From Candidatus Wildermuthbacteria bacterium GWA2_46_15 (GTDB lineage: Bacteria > Patescibacteriota > Minisyncoccia > Minisyncoccales > GWA2-46-15): 36,508 nt of DNA. Where the stretch lies: assembly GCA_001823105.1 (NCBI GenBank), contig MHTO01000004.1, positions 1 to 36,508 on the forward strand. Direction: 5' to 3'. Position numbers and translations under genes: made by a program. The notes under the pieces are model-generated. The model made no database searches and had not been told where the DNA came from. It worked only from the letters and a program-made list of their open reading frames with translations. This document shows positions 35,256-36,508 of this stretch, piece after piece. Every line of letters starts with the position of its first letter. Positions within the stretch are counted from its first letter, which is position 1.

Positions 35256-36508
35256 TTATTGATATAAGTATTTTTGGAAATCAATAAATGTTCTACGGAT
35301 ATCCTGAACATCTCCTAACAATACAGTCGCATCATCAATTTCGTGATATTTCAATTTAAGGAGTGCAGGGATTTTTTCTTGATCCAGCTCCTCAACACCG
35401 GTTTCGATATATTTAGTCAGCACAAAATCAAGAAACTCATGCTGCCGTGAGGTTAAGCCGATAAACATCTTTGCTTTTGCCTGCTCTGCACGTTCTGCAC
35501 GTGTTATGGGCTTAATAGCGAAAGAAACATATTCCAGCACATCAAAGAGATCGCTTTTTTCTGCTGCTATTAATTTCTGCAGCATGGACAGATCATCGTG
35601 GTTATAGCCGGCCGCTGCTAACTTTTCAAGGAAGGCATGACGTGTTATTGGGTTGGCCCATATATTTCTAAGTTCCGCTTCATCTTTAAAGAATTTCGGC
35701 AATTCCCCATATAACCCGGCTACGAATTCTTCGACAGACATTGGTTTCCCATCTGCCCCATAGAACGATGTGGTAATCATATGCTGAATCACTAGCTCTT
35801 TCCCCGGCGCAAGCTTGATTTTTATTTTCTTAAGGCATACACATGGGCTTTGCCCGCACTTCGGGCAAACTGGCTTCGGGCAAATGCAAGGTCTTTGGCC
35901 GCATACCGGGCAGGGGTTCGGCGGTTCTTTTACGCAAACACATGGTTTCTGCCCACAGGTTTCGCAGGTCTCAGGTTCTGGCTCACCGTCCCAATCTTTA
36001 TCGGAAAAGTGATGGCAGGCTCCTACAAAGTCGTAGATCGTGAAGTAATACTTGCCCTCAAACAAGCGCGTGCCGCGGCCGATAATCTGTTTAAACTCAA
36101 CCATGGACTTAATAGACCGCATCAGGACAATATTGCGTATATTGCGGGCATCAATTCCTGTGGATAACTTCTGAGAGGTTGTAAGTATGGTCGGGATAGT
36201 CTTGTCATTATCCTGGAAGTCTCTTAAATGTTGTTCCCCCAGTTCGCCGTCATTAGCCGTGACACGCTGGCAATAGTTCGGATCCGGGTTCTTCTTGTAC
36301 TGATTTATTAAATCACGTACTAGTGCTGCATGACCTTGGTTGGCGCAGAAGATCAGAGTCTTCTCGTTTTGGTTTATTTCAGAAAGAAGTATTTTTACCC
36401 GTTCGGCTTCTCGTTCTTTTATCTCAATAGTCCAGTTGAAATCAGGCTCGGCATAAACCCTGCCTGCCTCGACATCCCCTTCTATCACTTTGTCGTCTGG
36501 GACATAAA
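35256..36508 (-). CDS. hsdR: Type I restriction enzyme R subunit, C-terminal part (5' end lies beyond the right window edge)
   Basis: The frame is open to the window end. Helicase C-lobe motifs are TTSQKLSTGIDARNIRNIVLMR and QIIGRGTRL. An EcoEI-R C-terminal-type domain is present (NIWANPITRHAFLEKL...SDLFDVLEYVSFAIKPITRAERA...FLDFVLTKYIETGVEEL). Confidence 0.8.
   Translation of the reverse strand, partial: YVPDDKVIEGDVEAGRVYAEPDFNWTIEIKEREAERVKILLSEINQNEKTLIFCANQGHAALVRDLINQYKKNPDPNYCQRVTANDGELGEQHLRDFQDNDKTIPTILTTSQKLSTGIDARNIRNIVLMRSIKSMVEFKQIIGRGTRLFEGKYYFTIYDFVGACHHFSDKDWDGEPEPETCETCGQKPCVCVKEPPNPCPVCGQRPCICPKPVCPKCGQSPCVCLKKIKIKLAPGKELVIQHMITTSFYGADGKPMSVEEFVAGLYGELPKFFKDEAELRNIWANPITRHAFLEKLAAAGYNHDDLSMLQKLIAAEKSDLFDVLEYVSFAIKPITRAERAEQAKAKMFIGLTSRQHEFLDFVLTKYIETGVEELDQEKIPALLKLKYHEIDDATVLLGDVQDIRRTFIDFQKYLYQ
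35835..35966 (-). repeat. Three tandem CxxCGQxPCxC cysteine knuckles (33-nt units) inserted in hsdR
   Basis: The units are CETCGQKPCVC, CPVCGQRPCIC and CPKCGQSPCVC. They lie between the helicase core and the C-terminal domain and give 12 Cys in 44 residues. Confidence 0.85.

Noticed and set aside
1-36508. A search by eye for CRISPR arrays, tRNA/rRNA genes, reverse transcriptases (retron/DGR) and guide-RNA-like tandem arrays.
   Set aside because: No spaced direct-repeat array is present. No noncoding gap exceeds about 410 nt. No tRNA T-loop/acceptor pattern was seen in the gaps, and no YxDD reverse-transcriptase motif occurs in the listed ORFs.

Overview
This 36.5-kb window is bacterial-type and almost fully coding. 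Genes are led by Shine-Dalgarno sites, and TAA, TAG and TGA all serve as stops. I saw no rRNA, tRNA or CRISPR array by eye. I call 24 protein genes, one possible 43-codon leader ORF and one pseudogene. Every gene from 11.4 kb to the right edge is on the minus strand. The content is a dense nucleic-acid defence and mobile-DNA island.

Gene content, left to right:
- A partial IS (zinc-ribbon DDE transposase) abuts a decayed ORF6N gene.
- A ClpX paralogue has a non-canonical N-domain.
- A low-GC islet carries a transglutaminase-like protein, a GmrSD (DUF262/DUF1524) type IV restriction enzyme, and a membrane plus coiled-coil gene pair.
- A WYL-domain regulator (BrxR/CapW-like) faces divergently an operon of two stand-alone DnaB-C-terminal-like ATPases (one with a dead Walker A) and an unknown 252-aa protein.
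- A Sel1-repeat protein ends in a Trp-periodic tail.
- A 23-kb head-to-tail gene train follows. In transcription order (right edge leftward) it reads: hsdR 3' part (with three CxxCGQxPCxC knuckles), HNH, two small PD-(D/E)xK-like proteins, an unknown 419-aa protein, a two-HKD PLD nuclease, an SNF2-like helicase, mcrB, mcrC, a 1737-aa DEDD-exonuclease/RecQ/UvrD triple fusion, a 1232-aa SNF2 helicase with a 15-residue CxxTG repeat array, and a HelD/UvrD-like SF1 ATPase.
- No DNA methyltransferase lies in the window.

Best candidates for undescribed systems:
1. mcrBC plus the three giant helicases.
2. The translationally coupled 151 aa / 419 aa / PLD / SNF2-like operon.
3. The WYL-controlled pair of mini-DnaB-like ATPases plus the 252-aa protein.

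All family calls come from reading motifs in the translated ORFs. No database search was possible.
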